Shown here piece by piece: positions 8,681 to 20,125 of a stretch of DNA of 64,000 bases. This DNA is from an uncultured Verrucomicrobiae bacterium (GTDB taxonomy: Bacteria; Verrucomicrobiota; Verrucomicrobiia; Limisphaerales; JAFGQR01). The translations under genes were made by a program, and so were the position numbers. Below the pieces are notes generated by a model. It did not search any database. It was given only the letters and a program-made list of their open reading frames with translations, and was not told where the DNA came from. Each line of letters begins with the position of its first letter. Position 1 is the first letter of the stretch. The DNA lies in assembly GCA_963788655.1 (NCBI GenBank), contig CAWBHS010000009.1, positions 1 through 64,000 on the forward strand, read 5' to 3'.

Positions 8681-9907
8681 TTAAGCGGTGGGTGGTTTGT
8701 TGGATTCTTCCAATAAACGGCTCACGATCTTGGCAATGATGACTTCTTCATCGGTGCGAATGACCCGGACGGCGGCGCGGCTGGTATCGGTGGAAATCAA
8801 TGGCGCGTTGGCGGCGTTGCGTTGCGCGTCGAGTTGGATGCCGAGAAAACCAAGCTCCGCGCAGATTCGCGTGCGAATCACTGGCGAGTTCTCGCCAATG
8901 CCCCCGGCGAAAACCAGCGTATCCAGCCCGCCCAATGCGGCGGCGAACGCCCCGAGCCATTTGCGCGTTTGGTAGCAAAAGCACGCCACGGCTTCCGCGG
9001 CGCGCGGATCGTCGGCCTCGCGTGCTTGCAAGTCGCGCATGTCGGAACTGGTTTCGGAAATGCCGAGCAGACCGGACTCGTGATTGATCAGGTGATTGAA
9101 TTGTTGGGGCGTCAGTTGCTCGCGCTGCATCAGATACCACGCGACGCCCGGATCCAGGTCGCCGGTGCGCGTGCCCATCGGCAATCCGGCCGTGGGCGTG
9201 AAGCCCATTGTGGTGTCGAGGCTCCGGCCCTGGTGGACCGCCGCCAGACTGGCCCCGTTGCCCAAGTGGGCGAGGATCACGCGGCCGTCAGCCGCAATGT
9301 CGCCCGCCACGCGACGCAATTCTTCCAGGAGATAACGGTACGACAAACCGTGGAAGCCGTAGCGTTGAAGACCCTGGTCTTCGAAACGGCGGGGCAGGGG
9401 AAGCAACCGGGCCACGCGCGGCATGGTGCGGTGGAAGGCGGTGTCGAAGCAGGCCACTTGGGGCAATTGCGGATGCCGCCGGCCAAAGGCTTCAATCAGT
9501 TCAATCTCGCGGGGCAAATGGTCGGGGTCGTACGGTCGGATGCGGTGCAGTTCGTCCAGCAACTCCCGAGTGATTCGCTCGGGCGCCGAATGTTCCATGC
9601 CGTGAACGACGCGATGTCCCACCGCGTGGACGGTGTCGAAACCGACGTGTTGCTCCAGCCAATCGATCAGCGCATTAGCGGCTGACTGGTGATTGACGGC
9701 ATCGAGGGGAAGTTGGTCGTGCTCGTTTCGCGCCAGGTCATGGAAGGAGAGGTTGGTGTCGCTCAGCCCAATGCGGTCCACCTTGCCGTGGAGATTACGT
9801 TGCGGCGTCGGGTGCATTTGGAACCGCGCGAACTTGATGCTCGAGGAGCCCCCGTTGATCGTTAGGATTCCGGGGCGATCCGGCGTGTGGGATGACGCTT
9901 CGTTCAT
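8681..9907 (-). CDS. ackA: Acetate/propionate kinase
   Basis: [48 protein letters not shown]. Confidence 0.95.
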   Translation of the reverse strand: MNEASSHTPDRPGILTINGGSSSIKFARFQMHPTPQRNLHGKVDRIGLSDTNLSFHDLARNEHDQLPLDAVNHQSAANALIDWLEQHVGFDTVHAVGHRVVHGMEHSAPERITRELLDELHRIRPYDPDHLPREIELIEAFGRRHPQLPQVACFDTAFHRTMPRVARLLPLPRRFEDQGLQRYGFHGLSYRYLLEELRRVAGDIAADGRVILAHLGNGASLAAVHQGRSLDTTMGFTPTAGLPMGTRTGDLDPGVAWYLMQREQLTPQQFNHLINHESGLLGISETSSDMRDLQAREADDPRAAEAVACFCYQTRKWLGAFAAALGGLDTLVFAGGIGENSPVIRTRICAELGFLGIQLDAQRNAANAPLISTDTSRAAVRVIRTDEEVIIAKIVSRLLEESNKPPTA

Positions 9908-9937
9908 TGTCACAAACAACCGCCAATTCTCTTCCAG

Positions 9938-10169
9938 TGCTTGTACGTGCTCGTAATCTTGCTCTTGCTCGAACCCACGGTCAGATCAAGAGCGTATGCC
10001 GGAGCAAGCGCAAGAACGAAAAGCAAGGCCGAAATCCGAAACAAGTTGAAAATCCAAAGCGACGTCGGCCATGCCAACTAGGGAGTGCGGTGGCAGAGCC
10101 CAGCGGCGACACCGCTTTCGCACGAGACGCAGCCAAAGCGGCGTGGCGCTGCGCTTTCCGCCGCACTCC
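9938..10169. repeat. Intergenic REP-like elements
   Basis: Hexamer-periodic CTCGTA/CTTG tract with an inverted partner at 10002-10025, and a GGAGTGCGG...CCGCACTCC hairpin at 10082-10169. Confidence 0.6.
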
Positions 10170-10201
10170 ATAAAGATTCTTGGCGCGGATTCTTGTCCGC
10201 C

Positions 10202-11743
10202 TCACTTCAAAGCCAACGCCACGAACAGGCTGGTGCCTTTGCGTTTGATCCGCAACAGGACGCTGCCTTTGTTCTTGGTCTTGGCCAATACGTTTTCCAG
10301 ATCGTTCACGTCGCTCACCTTTTGGCGCTCCGCTTCAACGATCACGTCGCCGGCAATGAGTTTGGCTTCGTCGGCCGGGCTGCCGGGGTCCACGTCGGTG
10401 ATCAGCACCCCTTTCTGGTCCTTCAATGCAAACTCTTTCGCCAGGGCCGGCGTTAGGGTTTGGGCGGTCAGACCCAGTTTGCCGAGCCGGTTAACGGTCT
10501 TGCCGGGTTGGCCGAAAGTAGCCGCAATTTCGGACGTTAATTCGCCCACCTTCACCGGGATGGTTTTTTCTTTACCGTCGCGGATGACGGAAAGCTTCGC
10601 TTTGGTTCCCGGCGCGGTGGCGGCCACCAAATTGCGCAGATTGCTTACATTCGCGACCGACTTGCCTTCAAATTTGACGATGACGTCGCCCGATTCGATT
10701 CCCGCCTTTTCGGCCGGCGAATCGCGGTTGACTTGCGCAACGAGCGCACCCTGGGTGGCGGACAGTTTGAACTGTTGCGCCAATTGCGGGGTGAGGTTCT
10801 GGATGATCACGCCCAGCATGCCGCGGGTGACCTTGCCGCCTTGGAGCAAGGTGGGCAGCACGGTTTTGATCATGTTCACCGGGATGGCAAAGCCGACGCC
10901 AGCCGACTGCCCCACGCTGGTGGCGATGGCGCTGTTCATGCCAATGACCTCGCCGCGCAGGTTGACCAGCGGCCCGCCGGAGTTGCCGGGATTGATCGGA
11001 GCGTCGGTTTGGAGGAAGTCTTCATAGTCCGAGATACCAACGTCCGCGCGGCCCTTGGCGCTGATGATGCCTGTGGTGATGGACTGGATCAGCCCGAAGG
11101 GCGCGCCGGCCGCCATCACTAATTCGCCAACCTTGAGGGCGTCCGAGTTTCCCAGTTTCACCGTCGGGAGATCGTCCGGCACTTTGCCTTTAATCTTGAT
11201 GACCGCCACGTCGGTCTGGGGATCAATGCCGACCACTTCCGCCTCGAACTGCCGCGCATCGGCCAGTTTGACTTTGATCTCGTCCACGTCGCTGACCACA
11301 TGATAGTTGGTCAGAATGTGGCCTTCTGGATCGAGGATCATGCCCGAGCCCATCCCGCGTTCCGGCACTTTGTATTCCTTGGGCCGGTTCGGTTGCTGGC
11401 GCGGGGACGGCGTGCCGGGAACCTGTCCGCCAAAGAATCGGCGGAAGAAATCCTCGCCGAAGGGAGTCAAGCCTTGCGGCGATTGGTACGTGGTCATTTT
11501 TTCCGAATACACACTCACCACGGCCGGTTCAATGTAGGCCGCCACCGCGGCGAAGGCATCGCTCAGCGCTTGCGCCGGCGCGGTCACCGCGGCGCTGGGC
11601 GGCGGCGGGTTGGTTGGTTTCGATGACGATGAATCCGCCGCGCGGGCCGGTAAGATGACGCCGATCGCCACGGACGATACGATGGTGGAGATGATGCGTA
11701 AGCGCTGAGTTTTGCTGGTTTTGTTCATAACCTGTTCCTTCAT
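10202..11743 (-). CDS. degP: HtrA/DegP-family serine protease with two PDZ domains
   Basis: LTNYHVV, TDVAVI, TDAPINPGNSGGPL; signal peptide; two PDZ-like segments. Confidence 0.93.
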   Translation of the reverse strand: MKEQVMNKTSKTQRLRIISTIVSSVAIGVILPARAADSSSSKPTNPPPPSAAVTAPAQALSDAFAAVAAYIEPAVVSVYSEKMTTYQSPQGLTPFGEDFFRRFFGGQVPGTPSPRQQPNRPKEYKVPERGMGSGMILDPEGHILTNYHVVSDVDEIKVKLADARQFEAEVVGIDPQTDVAVIKIKGKVPDDLPTVKLGNSDALKVGELVMAAGAPFGLIQSITTGIISAKGRADVGISDYEDFLQTDAPINPGNSGGPLVNLRGEVIGMNSAIATSVGQSAGVGFAIPVNMIKTVLPTLLQGGKVTRGMLGVIIQNLTPQLAQQFKLSATQGALVAQVNRDSPAEKAGIESGDVIVKFEGKSVANVSNLRNLVAATAPGTKAKLSVIRDGKEKTIPVKVGELTSEIAATFGQPGKTVNRLGKLGLTAQTLTPALAKEFALKDQKGVLITDVDPGSPADEAKLIAGDVIVEAERQKVSDVNDLENVLAKTKNKGSVLLRIKRKGTSLFVALALK

Positions 11744-14109
11744 GGTTGTTCCGGCAGGACCGACGACTGGCCGGCGCCTCCGGGGGGCTTGGTTGCTAGC
11801 CGAGTGTTGCTGGGTTGTTGTGACGACACAAAGCCGGGATGCACCGGCTTTGAAAAACTGGCGGTGGGCATCAAGGTTGGCGCTTCCGCCACGCCCACGA
11901 GGGATCCTCGATCCGTTGGCGCCACGTCGCGGGAGGGCGATTTGGAGTCCGTCGGCAAACGTTTGCCGATCAGTTGCGCAAAGGTTTTGCCGTCCAAGGT
12001 TTCGCGTTCCAGGAGTTGGGCGGCGACCAAGTCGAGTTGATCGCGATGCTGCCGCAGGATGGCTTGGGCTTCACGGTAGGCCTGGTCGAGAATGTTCTTC
12101 ACTTCGGCGTCGATGTCGCTGGCCGTTTGCTCGCTGCAATCGCGTTGCATGAATCCATCACCGCCGGCCAGAAACGGATTATGCCGTTGGGCGCAATGGG
12201 CCAGGCCAACGCGCTGGCTCATGCCGAACACAGCCACCATTTGGCGCGCCAGCAAGGTGGCGTGCTGGAGATCGTTTTCGGCGCCGGTGCTGACTTCGTT
12301 GAACACCACTTCTTCGGCCGCCCGTCCCCCGAGCAGGCCTTTGATGCGATCCACCAATTCGGACTGGCTCATCAGGAATTGCTCTTCGGCGGGCAACTGC
12401 ATGGTGTAGCCCAACGCAGCGCGGCCTCGCGGGATGATGGTGATCTTGTGGACGGGGTCCGCGTGTTCACTGTGCGCGGCCACCAGCGCGTGGCCCACTT
12501 CATGATACGCCACCCGACGCCGTTCCTTCTTGCCCAGACGGCGGCTTTTGCGCTCGGGACCGGCCACTACTTTCTCGACGGCTTCCTCGAGATCCTGTTG
12601 GCCGATGACGGTGACTTGGCGCCGGGCGGCCAACAGAGCGGCTTCGTTGACCACGTTGGCCAGATCGGCGCCGTTCAAACCGGGTGTTTCCTGGGCGATC
12701 TGCCGCAGGTCGGTGCCATCGGCCAGCGGCTTTTCGCGAACGTGCAATTTGAGAATGGCCAGGCGTCCTTCGAGGTCCGGCGCGTCCACGACCACCTGCC
12801 GGTCAAAGCGTCCGGGACGCAACAGGGCGCGGTCGAGCACTTCGGGACGATTGGTGGCAGCCAGAATGATGACCCCGACGTTGGCCTCGAAACCGTCCAT
12901 GCCCACGAGCAATTGGTTGAGGGTTTGCTCGCGCTCGTCGTTGACGGGGCCCATGTGGACACCGCGCTGGCGGCCCACGGCGTCCAATTCGTCAATGAAC
13001 ACGATGCACGGTGCCTGGGCCTTGGACTTCTCGAACAAATCGCGCACGCGGGCGGCGCCCACGCCGACAAACATCTCGACAAAATCGCTGCCGCTGATCA
13101 GGAAGAACGGTACCTTGGCTTCGCCGGCCACGGCGCGGGCCAGAAGTGTCTTGCCGGTGCCGGGCGGGCCGACCAGCAAAATACCCTTGGGGATCGTGGC
13201 GCCCAACGCGCGATAGCGGTCGGGGTTCTTCAGGAACGAAACCACTTCCTGCAATTCGTACTTCGCCTCGTCGCACCCGGCCACGTCGCCAAAGGTCACG
13301 CCCGTGTCTTTATCCGCCATCAGCTTGGCCTTGCTGCTGCCAAAGCCCATCAAGGACTGGCCCATGTTGCCCATGCGTTTGGACAGAAAACGCCACAGCA
13401 AAAAGATGGCGGCAATGGGAATGATCCAGGCCCACAGGAATTGCGAAAAGAAACTCGGCCGGGTGCCGCTGAACTGGACGTGGGCTTGTTCGAGGTCTTG
13501 GGCCAGATCGGGATCGTCCACGCGCACCGTGCGAAACATCCACGGCTCGGGTTTGGCGGGAGCGTTGGTTCCCGAGCTCGACGGGCCGGACGCGGCAGCC
13601 GCACTTGGTGACGCGTTGGGCTTGGCGCCGGTGGGGGCGCCGGAAGGCGGGGGCGTTGACGTATTCCCTTTGCCTTCGTTGGGTGGCTGACTCGCGCTGG
13701 CCGCGGCGGACTTCGGTTGATTGGTTGCGTGAGTGGTGGCCGCAGTGGGCTTCGAAGCGGCATTGGTCACCCCGGCGGCGGTCGTATTGGTGGCCTTGCT
13801 GATGGCGTTGGTGGCGGAACTGGCCGACGGTTGGATCTTGCCGACGATTTCGTCTTCGCCCACCTCGCATTCGACGACTTCTCCTTTGGCCAGCAGATGC
13901 TTGAACTCGCTGTACGGAATGGTGCGGGTGCGGACTTGGTGAAACGCCTCCTGCCACAGCCACAACATGACGAGCATGAGGAGGAAATACCAGAGCAGCG
14001 GACCCCATTGTCCCGACCGCAACCAAGCGCCACCGCCCGGGGGATTAGGCTCATTCGGTGGGGGCCGCCGGTTATCCGGGCCTCTCCGGCGTGGGTCGAA
14101 TCCGTTCAT
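11740..14109 (-). CDS. ftsH: ATP-dependent zinc metalloprotease FtsH
   Basis: Two TM helices, [29 protein letters not shown]. Confidence 0.96.
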   Translation of the reverse strand: MNGFDPRRRGPDNRRPPPNEPNPPGGGAWLRSGQWGPLLWYFLLMLVMLWLWQEAFHQVRTRTIPYSEFKHLLAKGEVVECEVGEDEIVGKIQPSASSATNAISKATNTTAAGVTNAASKPTAATTHATNQPKSAAASASQPPNEGKGNTSTPPPSGAPTGAKPNASPSAAAASGPSSSGTNAPAKPEPWMFRTVRVDDPDLAQDLEQAHVQFSGTRPSFFSQFLWAWIIPIAAIFLLWRFLSKRMGNMGQSLMGFGSSKAKLMADKDTGVTFGDVAGCDEAKYELQEVVSFLKNPDRYRALGATIPKGILLVGPPGTGKTLLARAVAGEAKVPFFLISGSDFVEMFVGVGAARVRDLFEKSKAQAPCIVFIDELDAVGRQRGVHMGPVNDEREQTLNQLLVGMDGFEANVGVIILAATNRPEVLDRALLRPGRFDRQVVVDAPDLEGRLAILKLHVREKPLADGTDLRQIAQETPGLNGADLANVVNEAALLAARRQVTVIGQQDLEEAVEKVVAGPERKSRRLGKKERRRVAYHEVGHALVAAHSEHADPVHKITIIPRGRAALGYTMQLPAEEQFLMSQSELVDRIKGLLGGRAAEEVVFNEVSTGAENDLQHATLLARQMVAVFGMSQRVGLAHCAQRHNPFLAGGDGFMQRDCSEQTASDIDAEVKNILDQAYREAQAILRQHRDQLDLVAAQLLERETLDGKTFAQLIGKRLPTDSKSPSRDVAPTDRGSLVGVAEAPTLMPTASFSKPVHPGFVSSQQPSNTRLATKPPGGAGQSSVLPEQP

Positions 14110-14879
14110 GATTGCATCGTGGCGGCCCGGCGACCGGGCATGGCCTCCGGCTGCTGGCCGAAGTCTCGAAAGGACCGTTGCGCCGCTTCGGCGATCAACC
14201 GAGCCGTATCTTCCAGGGTAACCAGCTCCGTATTGATGATCAGATGATACCTCAAATCATCACTCGCGCGACTGTGAAAATAGGTCTTCACATACGCGTC
14301 TCGGCTGCGGTCTTCTTTCTCCACGAGCCGGGCGGCCTCTTCCGCGGTCAAGTTGCGCGTTTGTTGTACGTATGCGATGCGTTTGGACTGCGAGGCAATG
14401 AGCCGCGTGTGGAAGACGTTGGGCAGGCGCGCCGTGATCACGTTGGCTCCCCAACCCACCAGGATCACGTGGCCGGCGTCCGCCAGGTGAACAATGGTCT
14501 CGGCGATCTTCGGCACCAACAGCCAGGACGGCGGCCGCAGACCCACCAATTCCTCCATCACCTCCTCGATGTACGACCGCCGTTCCTCCGACAGTTGTTC
14601 GGCCAGACGTTTGGGCAGGTGATGTTCCTCGATGACCTTCTCCACGAGGTTACGGTCAAATACGGTCCATTGCTTTACGCTCGTGGGTACCGTTTTTTGC
14701 AGTAACTCCGCCAGCCGCCGGGCGACTTCGTGGCCGCCGGCACCGTATTGGAGCGAGATCGTGACGGCCGGTCCCGACGGAAGGATCCGTCCGCCCGCTG
14801 CCTTCTGCTCTTCCTCAAGTTGGCTCGTGATGTAGGCCCGGCACTGTTCCAATTCTTCGAATTCGTCTTCCATACTCAT
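14106..14879 (-). CDS. Cytidylate kinase-like family protein
   Basis: VTISLQYGAGGHEVARRLA ... EDRSRDAYVKTYF ... YHLIINT pattern. Confidence 0.8.
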   Translation of the reverse strand: MSMEDEFEELEQCRAYITSQLEEEQKAAGGRILPSGPAVTISLQYGAGGHEVARRLAELLQKTVPTSVKQWTVFDRNLVEKVIEEHHLPKRLAEQLSEERRSYIEEVMEELVGLRPPSWLLVPKIAETIVHLADAGHVILVGWGANVITARLPNVFHTRLIASQSKRIAYVQQTRNLTAEEAARLVEKEDRSRDAYVKTYFHSRASDDLRYHLIINTELVTLEDTARLIAEAAQRSFRDFGQQPEAMPGRRAATMQS

Positions 14880-17476
14880 AATTTGTTCCCTTCGGTTTGT
14901 TTCCCCGTGGGCGTGGTTCCCTGGGGCAGGCTCCTGGCTGGCGCCGGGTGCGAGTGCAACGATTCCTTGATCCGTTCGAGGAACCGGCGATGGCGTGGCC
15001 CGGTCAATTCCAGATGATGATAGACGTGCAGTTTCGCCCAGTCCTCAATGAACACCCACACCATGCAATAGCCCCAGACCAGGCCGACGTAGGTCCACGG
15101 GATGGGCGCCACCAGCCAGCCGAAACCGACGATCAGACGCCGCCACCGCCTGCGTGCCGAAAATGGCGCCGAGCAAAACCGGCGCGGGATACGGCTTGGT
15201 CAGGAAGGGCGCCGCGTGCGCGCGACGAACAACGTCAGATGGCCGGCCACGGCGAGTTTCAGATAGATGAACGACTGGATTTGGTCCGGGTTCAGGTGTA
15301 ACACCAGTCTTGGCGACCACCAGCAGGCCAAAGGTCTCCACCACGCCGATCAATCCCAGCACGGTGGCGACCGTCAGCACGCGCCGCATGTCCCAGCGCA
15401 CGGGCTGGGGATCGAGCCAGGTGTTGTCGTAGGCGATGGTCAGAATGGGCAGATCGTTCAGCAGCGCCAGCAGGATGATCATCACCGTGGTGATCGGATA
15501 GAAATTGAAGACGATCATGGCCGCCACCACGAAGAACATGATGCGGATGGTTTCCGTGATGCGGTAGATGGCATAGCTGTTCATCCGCTCGAAAATGCGT
15601 CGCGCCTGTCTCGACGGCCTGGACGATCACGGACAAGCCCGGCGCGGTGAGCACCAGCGCGGCAGCCGCACGGGCGGCGTCGGTGGCGCCGCTGACACGG
15701 CGATGCCGGTGTCGGCCTGCTTGAGCGCCGGCGGCGTCGTTCACGCCGTCGCCGGTCATGCCGACGATGTGCCCGCGGCTTTGCAGCGCTTTGACGATGT
15801 GAAATTTGTGCTTCGGGAAACACCTGGGCGAAACCGTCGGCGGCTTCGACCTGCGGCGGCCATGTTCGGGCATGACGGCGTCGTGCTCCGGTGTGTCCTT
15901 GAAGAACTCGTCGGCCGGCGTGAATGTTGGTGCCCAGACCCAACTGGCTGGCGATTTGCCTGGCGATGGCGGTGTTGTCGCCAGTGACCATCTTGACCTC
16001 GATGCCGTGTTCGCGCGCTTCGCTGGATGGTGTCGGCGGAGTCTTCGCGCGGCGGATCAAACAGCGGCAACAACCCGAGAAACTGCCAGGCCCCGCCGCC
16101 GTCGCTGCGCGCGACGCCCAGCGTGCGAAAGCCTTGGCCGGCAAAGTCGTTCACCTTGCGCGTTCACCGCGGCGTCCAATTCCGGCGTCGGTTGGCACAG
16201 GCTCGAGGATAACCTGCGGGGCGCCTTTGGTGACGCGCAGCATCCGTCCATTGCGCTTCCGGACCTCGGCTTCAGTGCGCTTGTGGATCGGGTCGAACGG
16301 CACGAATTCGATCTGGGTGAAACGTTGCCAGCGCCGGGTCGGTCCTCCAGGCCCGTCGAGGACGGCCGTGTCGATGGCATCGCGGTCTTCGGCCTTGGAC
16401 GCCAGCGCGCCGGCCAGGATCAGTTCCTGCGGGTCCTGGGCGCCAAACAACGCCGGCTCGCCGAGAGTCAGTTTGTTCTGCGTCAGCGTGCCGGTCTTGT
16501 CCGAACACAGGATGTCCATGCCCGCCATTTCCTCGATGGATTCGCAGCCGCGTCAGAATGGCCTTCATGCCGCGCCAGCACCACGGCGCCGATGGCCATG
16601 GTGACGGAGAGCACCGCCGGCATGGCCACCGGGATGGCCGCCACGACGAGGATCAAGGCGAATTGCAACAAGCGTCAGCAACGGGCGCCGCGACAGAGCA
16701 TCGTGAGCAGCAGCAACGCCGCCAGCCCCAGGCTCAGGTAGATGAGATAATCGCCGATCGTCAGCACGGCTTTCTGGAAGTGCGAAACGGAGCGCGGCCG
16801 AGGACGAGCCTGGCCGTTTTGCCGAAGTAGGTGTTGGCGCCGGTGCCCACGACCAGCGCCTCCATCTCGCCCTGCTTGGCGATCGAACTGGAGTACGCCA
16901 GGTCGCCGGTCTTCTTGTCCACCGGCAGCGATTCGCCCGGTCAGAGCGGATTGATCGACGCTCAGGTAATCGCCGTCGACCAGCTTGACGTCGGCCGGGA
17001 TGATGTCGCCCGAGCCGCAGCCGTACGACGTCGCCGGGCACCAGGTTCACGGCGTCCAATCTCCGTCCATTTGCCGTCGCGTTTGACGCGGGCCTTCAGG
17101 GCGAGTTGCTTCTTGAGCGCCTCGACGGCGTTGGCGGCCTGGTGTTCCTGCCAGAAGCCCACCACGGCATTGAACGCCAGCAGACACGAGGATGATGATG
17201 AAATCCGCCCAGTCGCCGACGACGGCGGAGAGCAGCCGCGGCCACTTCGATCATCCAGGGAATCGGTCCCCAGAAATAGCCCAGGAATTTCAGCAGCGGG
17301 TTTTCCTGTTTCTCCGCGAGCGCGTTGGGGCCGTATTGCGCCAGGCGGCTTTTAGCTTCGTTGCTGTTCAAGCCGTCCGGGCTCGAGGCCAGTTCGCCAA
17401 ACAGCGAGTTCAGGCCATCGAATCCAATGGCATCGGAGGAAGAGGATGGAGATTGCGAAGGGGTGGCAGGGCTCAT
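14876..17476 (-). CDS. Plasma-membrane proton-efflux P-type ATPase (P3A, PMA1-like), heavily frameshifted
   Basis: Fragments carry [48 protein letters not shown] and [11 protein letters not shown] in the expected order. Confidence 0.88.
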
Positions 17477-18201
17477 CGGTGTGCTCCTTTGCGGCGATTG
17501 ACTATCCCCTTGCCGACCGCAGGCGGTGGGGAGGGCGATTTTGGTTTCGGAGAATATCCTTCCGTCAAGGAAAGCCCGGCCTTTTCCAAGGCTTGGCGGG
17601 TGGTTTCGTAACCGGTGTGATGAATCCCGCGAATGCCCATGCCCCGGGCCACCTGCACGAACATGGCGCGGTCATCGATGTAAAGCACTTGCTCCGGCTT
17701 CACCTGCGCCACGTCCAGCGCCAGGCGGTAGATGTCTGCATCGGGTTTGCGGAAATGGACGAAACAGGAGGAAACGAAGAAGTCCACGAACGCTCCGAGG
17801 TTGAACTTCCGGATGCGGTATTCGGTCAACTCCCGTCCTTCGTTACTGACCACGGCAATTTTGAGCCCGTAACGGGATTTCAGATTGCCGACCAGCCGGA
17901 TCATTTCCGGGAAGGGCTGCGACTGGGCGAGCAGAAACCGGTGGAAGGCCTTTCGGGAAAAGGGCCGTGGTTGGTAAAAGACCAACCAGTCCAGATACTC
18001 GTCCAACGTCAGCTTGCCCTGTTCATAAACGTCGAAACTCAGACCGTGGCGGGCGCTCATCTCGTCGTAGTCCAGATGAAACTGATCCGCGGCTTGTTGG
18101 CGCATGTGATGGTCCCAACCGTTGGTGAGCAGCACCCCGCCCACGTCCAGAAACAAGGTCGTTACGGACGTGGCGACTGGCCTTTTCATTTTGGTCTTCA
18201 A
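17473..18201 (-). CDS. HAD-superfamily hydrolase
   Basis: FLDVGGVLL, VSNEG, RKPDADIY, YIDD. Confidence 0.9.
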   Translation of the reverse strand: MKTKMKRPVATSVTTLFLDVGGVLLTNGWDHHMRQQAADQFHLDYDEMSARHGLSFDVYEQGKLTLDEYLDWLVFYQPRPFSRKAFHRFLLAQSQPFPEMIRLVGNLKSRYGLKIAVVSNEGRELTEYRIRKFNLGAFVDFFVSSCFVHFRKPDADIYRLALDVAQVKPEQVLYIDDRAMFVQVARGMGIRGIHHTGYETTRQALEKAGLSLTEGYSPKPKSPSPPPAVGKGIVNRRKGAHR

Positions 18202-18236
18202 ACCGATGGTCGCCGGAAACTGTTCAAATCGATGGC

Positions 18237-18890
18237 CTATACGAGGGTTTTCATTGCGAATCGTTCGGAGCCGGCGCGGAAACGATCGCGATCCTCCCGC
18301 GGATTTTTATCAGTGGCGGGCCGCCAACGCTCCGAGTCATCCGTGCGCTGGTCGGGAAGGCAGGATGATTGGACCCGGCGGGGCGGATGCACGGTTTCCA
18401 GGTCAATTGGGAAATCAAAGCGTTCGTCTTTCCAATCGACCTCGAGCGCAAAGAAAGTCACGTTCTCTTGCTGGGCCAGGGAACTCAAGCGAGCGCTAAG
18501 CAGTGATTCAAGGGAAGTCCCGCACTTTACGTTCCGGAGGTGGACGAGCACTTGGCCCGTTTTGCCCCCCATGCCGCCGGCCCACGCGCTAAGCAATCCG
18601 GCCATCTCGTCGGATCCCTCGGCCTCCTCGTGGGTCGAGATGATGATCATGTCGGCCGCTTTGGCTTGCACGGCAGCCTTGGTCGCCAGTTCCGGCGTTT
18701 GCAGGACTTCGAATCGCCAGAGATGACAATGGAAAGTAAAGGTCCGGCCATATTCATATACTAATTGGTCAAACAACTTCTTCGCGCCCAAACCGCTGGG
18801 AAAATCTTCGTAGGCAATGACCACCTGGAACTGTGGATTGGGTCCCCGGTTCACCTCGTCTGCCGTCAACAACCGTAGCGCGTTCTTCAT
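18237..18890 (-). CDS. Hypothetical protein, possibly a degenerate receiver-like alpha/beta fold
   Basis: Co-oriented ORF with VVIAYED and ADMIIIS strands; the fold is an inference. Confidence 0.6.
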   Translation of the reverse strand: MKNALRLLTADEVNRGPNPQFQVVIAYEDFPSGLGAKKLFDQLVYEYGRTFTFHCHLWRFEVLQTPELATKAAVQAKAADMIIISTHEEAEGSDEMAGLLSAWAGGMGGKTGQVLVHLRNVKCGTSLESLLSARLSSLAQQENVTFFALEVDWKDERFDFPIDLETVHPPRRVQSSCLPDQRTDDSERWRPATDKNPREDRDRFRAGSERFAMKTLV

Positions 18891-18968
18891 GCTTCAATCA
18901 TGGATGAAAGCCCATTCTCCGCAATCGGGCGGAGACTGATTCTGGATGCCTGCAAATCATCATGTGCC

Positions 18969-18985
18969 ATGGGGAAAATCCCTAT
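18969..18985. promoter_or_regulatory. Palindromic putative regulator box
   Basis: TAGGGATTTTCCCCA (minus strand) about 80 bp upstream of the 18890 start; similar site at 19861-19875. Confidence 0.4.
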
Positions 18986-19169
18986 TCAGACAAATCCAGA
19001 GCACCGTTCTTTCGACTTGGTTCATTCCGCCAAATCGCCGATTGCGAAATGAGGCGAACTGCCTTTCCCTCAACATTTTGGTTATCGGGATTTCGAATTT
19101 CGGCCGGGGCCCTGCCTCGCTGGGCGGACAGGGCTGACGGCGTGAGATTATCCCGGTCGCATCATTAGG

Positions 19170-19487
19170 TTAACCATGGAGCCGGAAAGAATATACGGGC
19201 GCAGGCGGCGCGTTGGTGGGGATAGGGGTTAATGTGAGTGCCTCCTTATAAGAGTGAGTGTGCCAGCTCATTGGACTGTCACACAGGCATGACGCCGCTG
19301 CGCCCGGAACAGCAACCGCACCTGATGGTGTCGAACTGCTGTGAAAAATGGTTCTCGGTATCGGTGGTTCGCTGACCTCCACCTCGGGGTTGCCGCGGCC
19401 TGGGGCTGCGCCGGTCGGATGTTGGGGTCGCGTTGGCATCGGGTTCTGCTTTTGAGTTGCCTTAGGAATTAGAGAGAAATTATTCAT
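19170..19487 (-). CDS. Small hypothetical protein
   Basis: ATG ORF co-oriented with its neighbours; no recognisable motif. Confidence 0.3.
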   Translation of the reverse strand: MNNFSLIPKATQKQNPMPTRPQHPTGAAPGRGNPEVEVSEPPIPRTIFHSSSTPSGAVAVPGAAASCLCDSPMSWHTHSYKEALTLTPIPTNAPPAPVYSFRLHG

Positions 19488-19502
19488 TGAGGGCTTCGAC
19501 GC

Positions 19503-19802
19503 TCAAGCGACGGTAAGCACTTCGATCAGTAATCCGTTGCGCATGTCGGCGAGAGGAACCGAAGCGGGATTATGTGCGCGCAGCGGTTCGATCAGCAGGT
19601 CGTCCATCCGAGGTGACCGGTGAACAATCGTACGTCGCACGGGAACTTGCCACTCCGGTGACGGCTCCCATTGAATTGTCAACAGCCGGCCTCGCTGCCA
19701 TCGCGGTGCCGCGCCTCGCGACCGAGCCCTGCGACCCGCGTGGCGTGTCCGGTCCTTCGTCTCCCTTGGGACCGTTTGAATACTGCATTGCGTCCGTTTC
19801 AT
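19503..19802 (-). CDS. Small basic hypothetical protein
   Basis: In-frame ATG at 19802, about 60 bp from the palindromic box at 19861. Confidence 0.35.
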   Translation of the reverse strand: MKRTQCSIQTVPRETKDRTRHAGRRARSRGAAPRWQRGRLLTIQWEPSPEWQVPVRRTIVHRSPRMDDLLIEPLRAHNPASVPLADMRNGLLIEVLTVA

Positions 19803-20125
19803 GGTTGCACCATCGCAGAAACGCGGGGAATGGAAATTGGGAGCGTCTCCAAGCAATCGTTAGGGAGTTTCCTTAGCTCCAATCATGTAAACAAGTAGCG
19901 GACCATTCCGTCGTCGTCGGCGTGGGATGAAAGTTGTGGGGGTGATAGTGTCACCTTCGGACGGTCTTTGTGGACGGAGCCCAACCAGGGCCGTTCTCCC
20001 ACGATCAGGTTCTTTACAACATTGTTGGAAACTTTGTCGAGATGCCGCGTGCTTGGCTTCGTTCGTTCAACAACGTTTCCGACCATGGTGGACGGTCACA
20101 CGCCTCGGACACGCACTTCCTGTTG

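Noticed and set aside
6321..13611. Long plus-strand ORFs (6321..7709, 8822..9685, 11974..13611)
   Set aside because: Antisense shadows of xfp, ackA and ftsH, typical of GC-rich DNA
10202..14109. Transmissible heat-resistance locus (tLST/LHR)
   Set aside because: ftsH and degP are present, but the ClpG/ClpK, small heat-shock and thioredoxin genes and mobile borders are not
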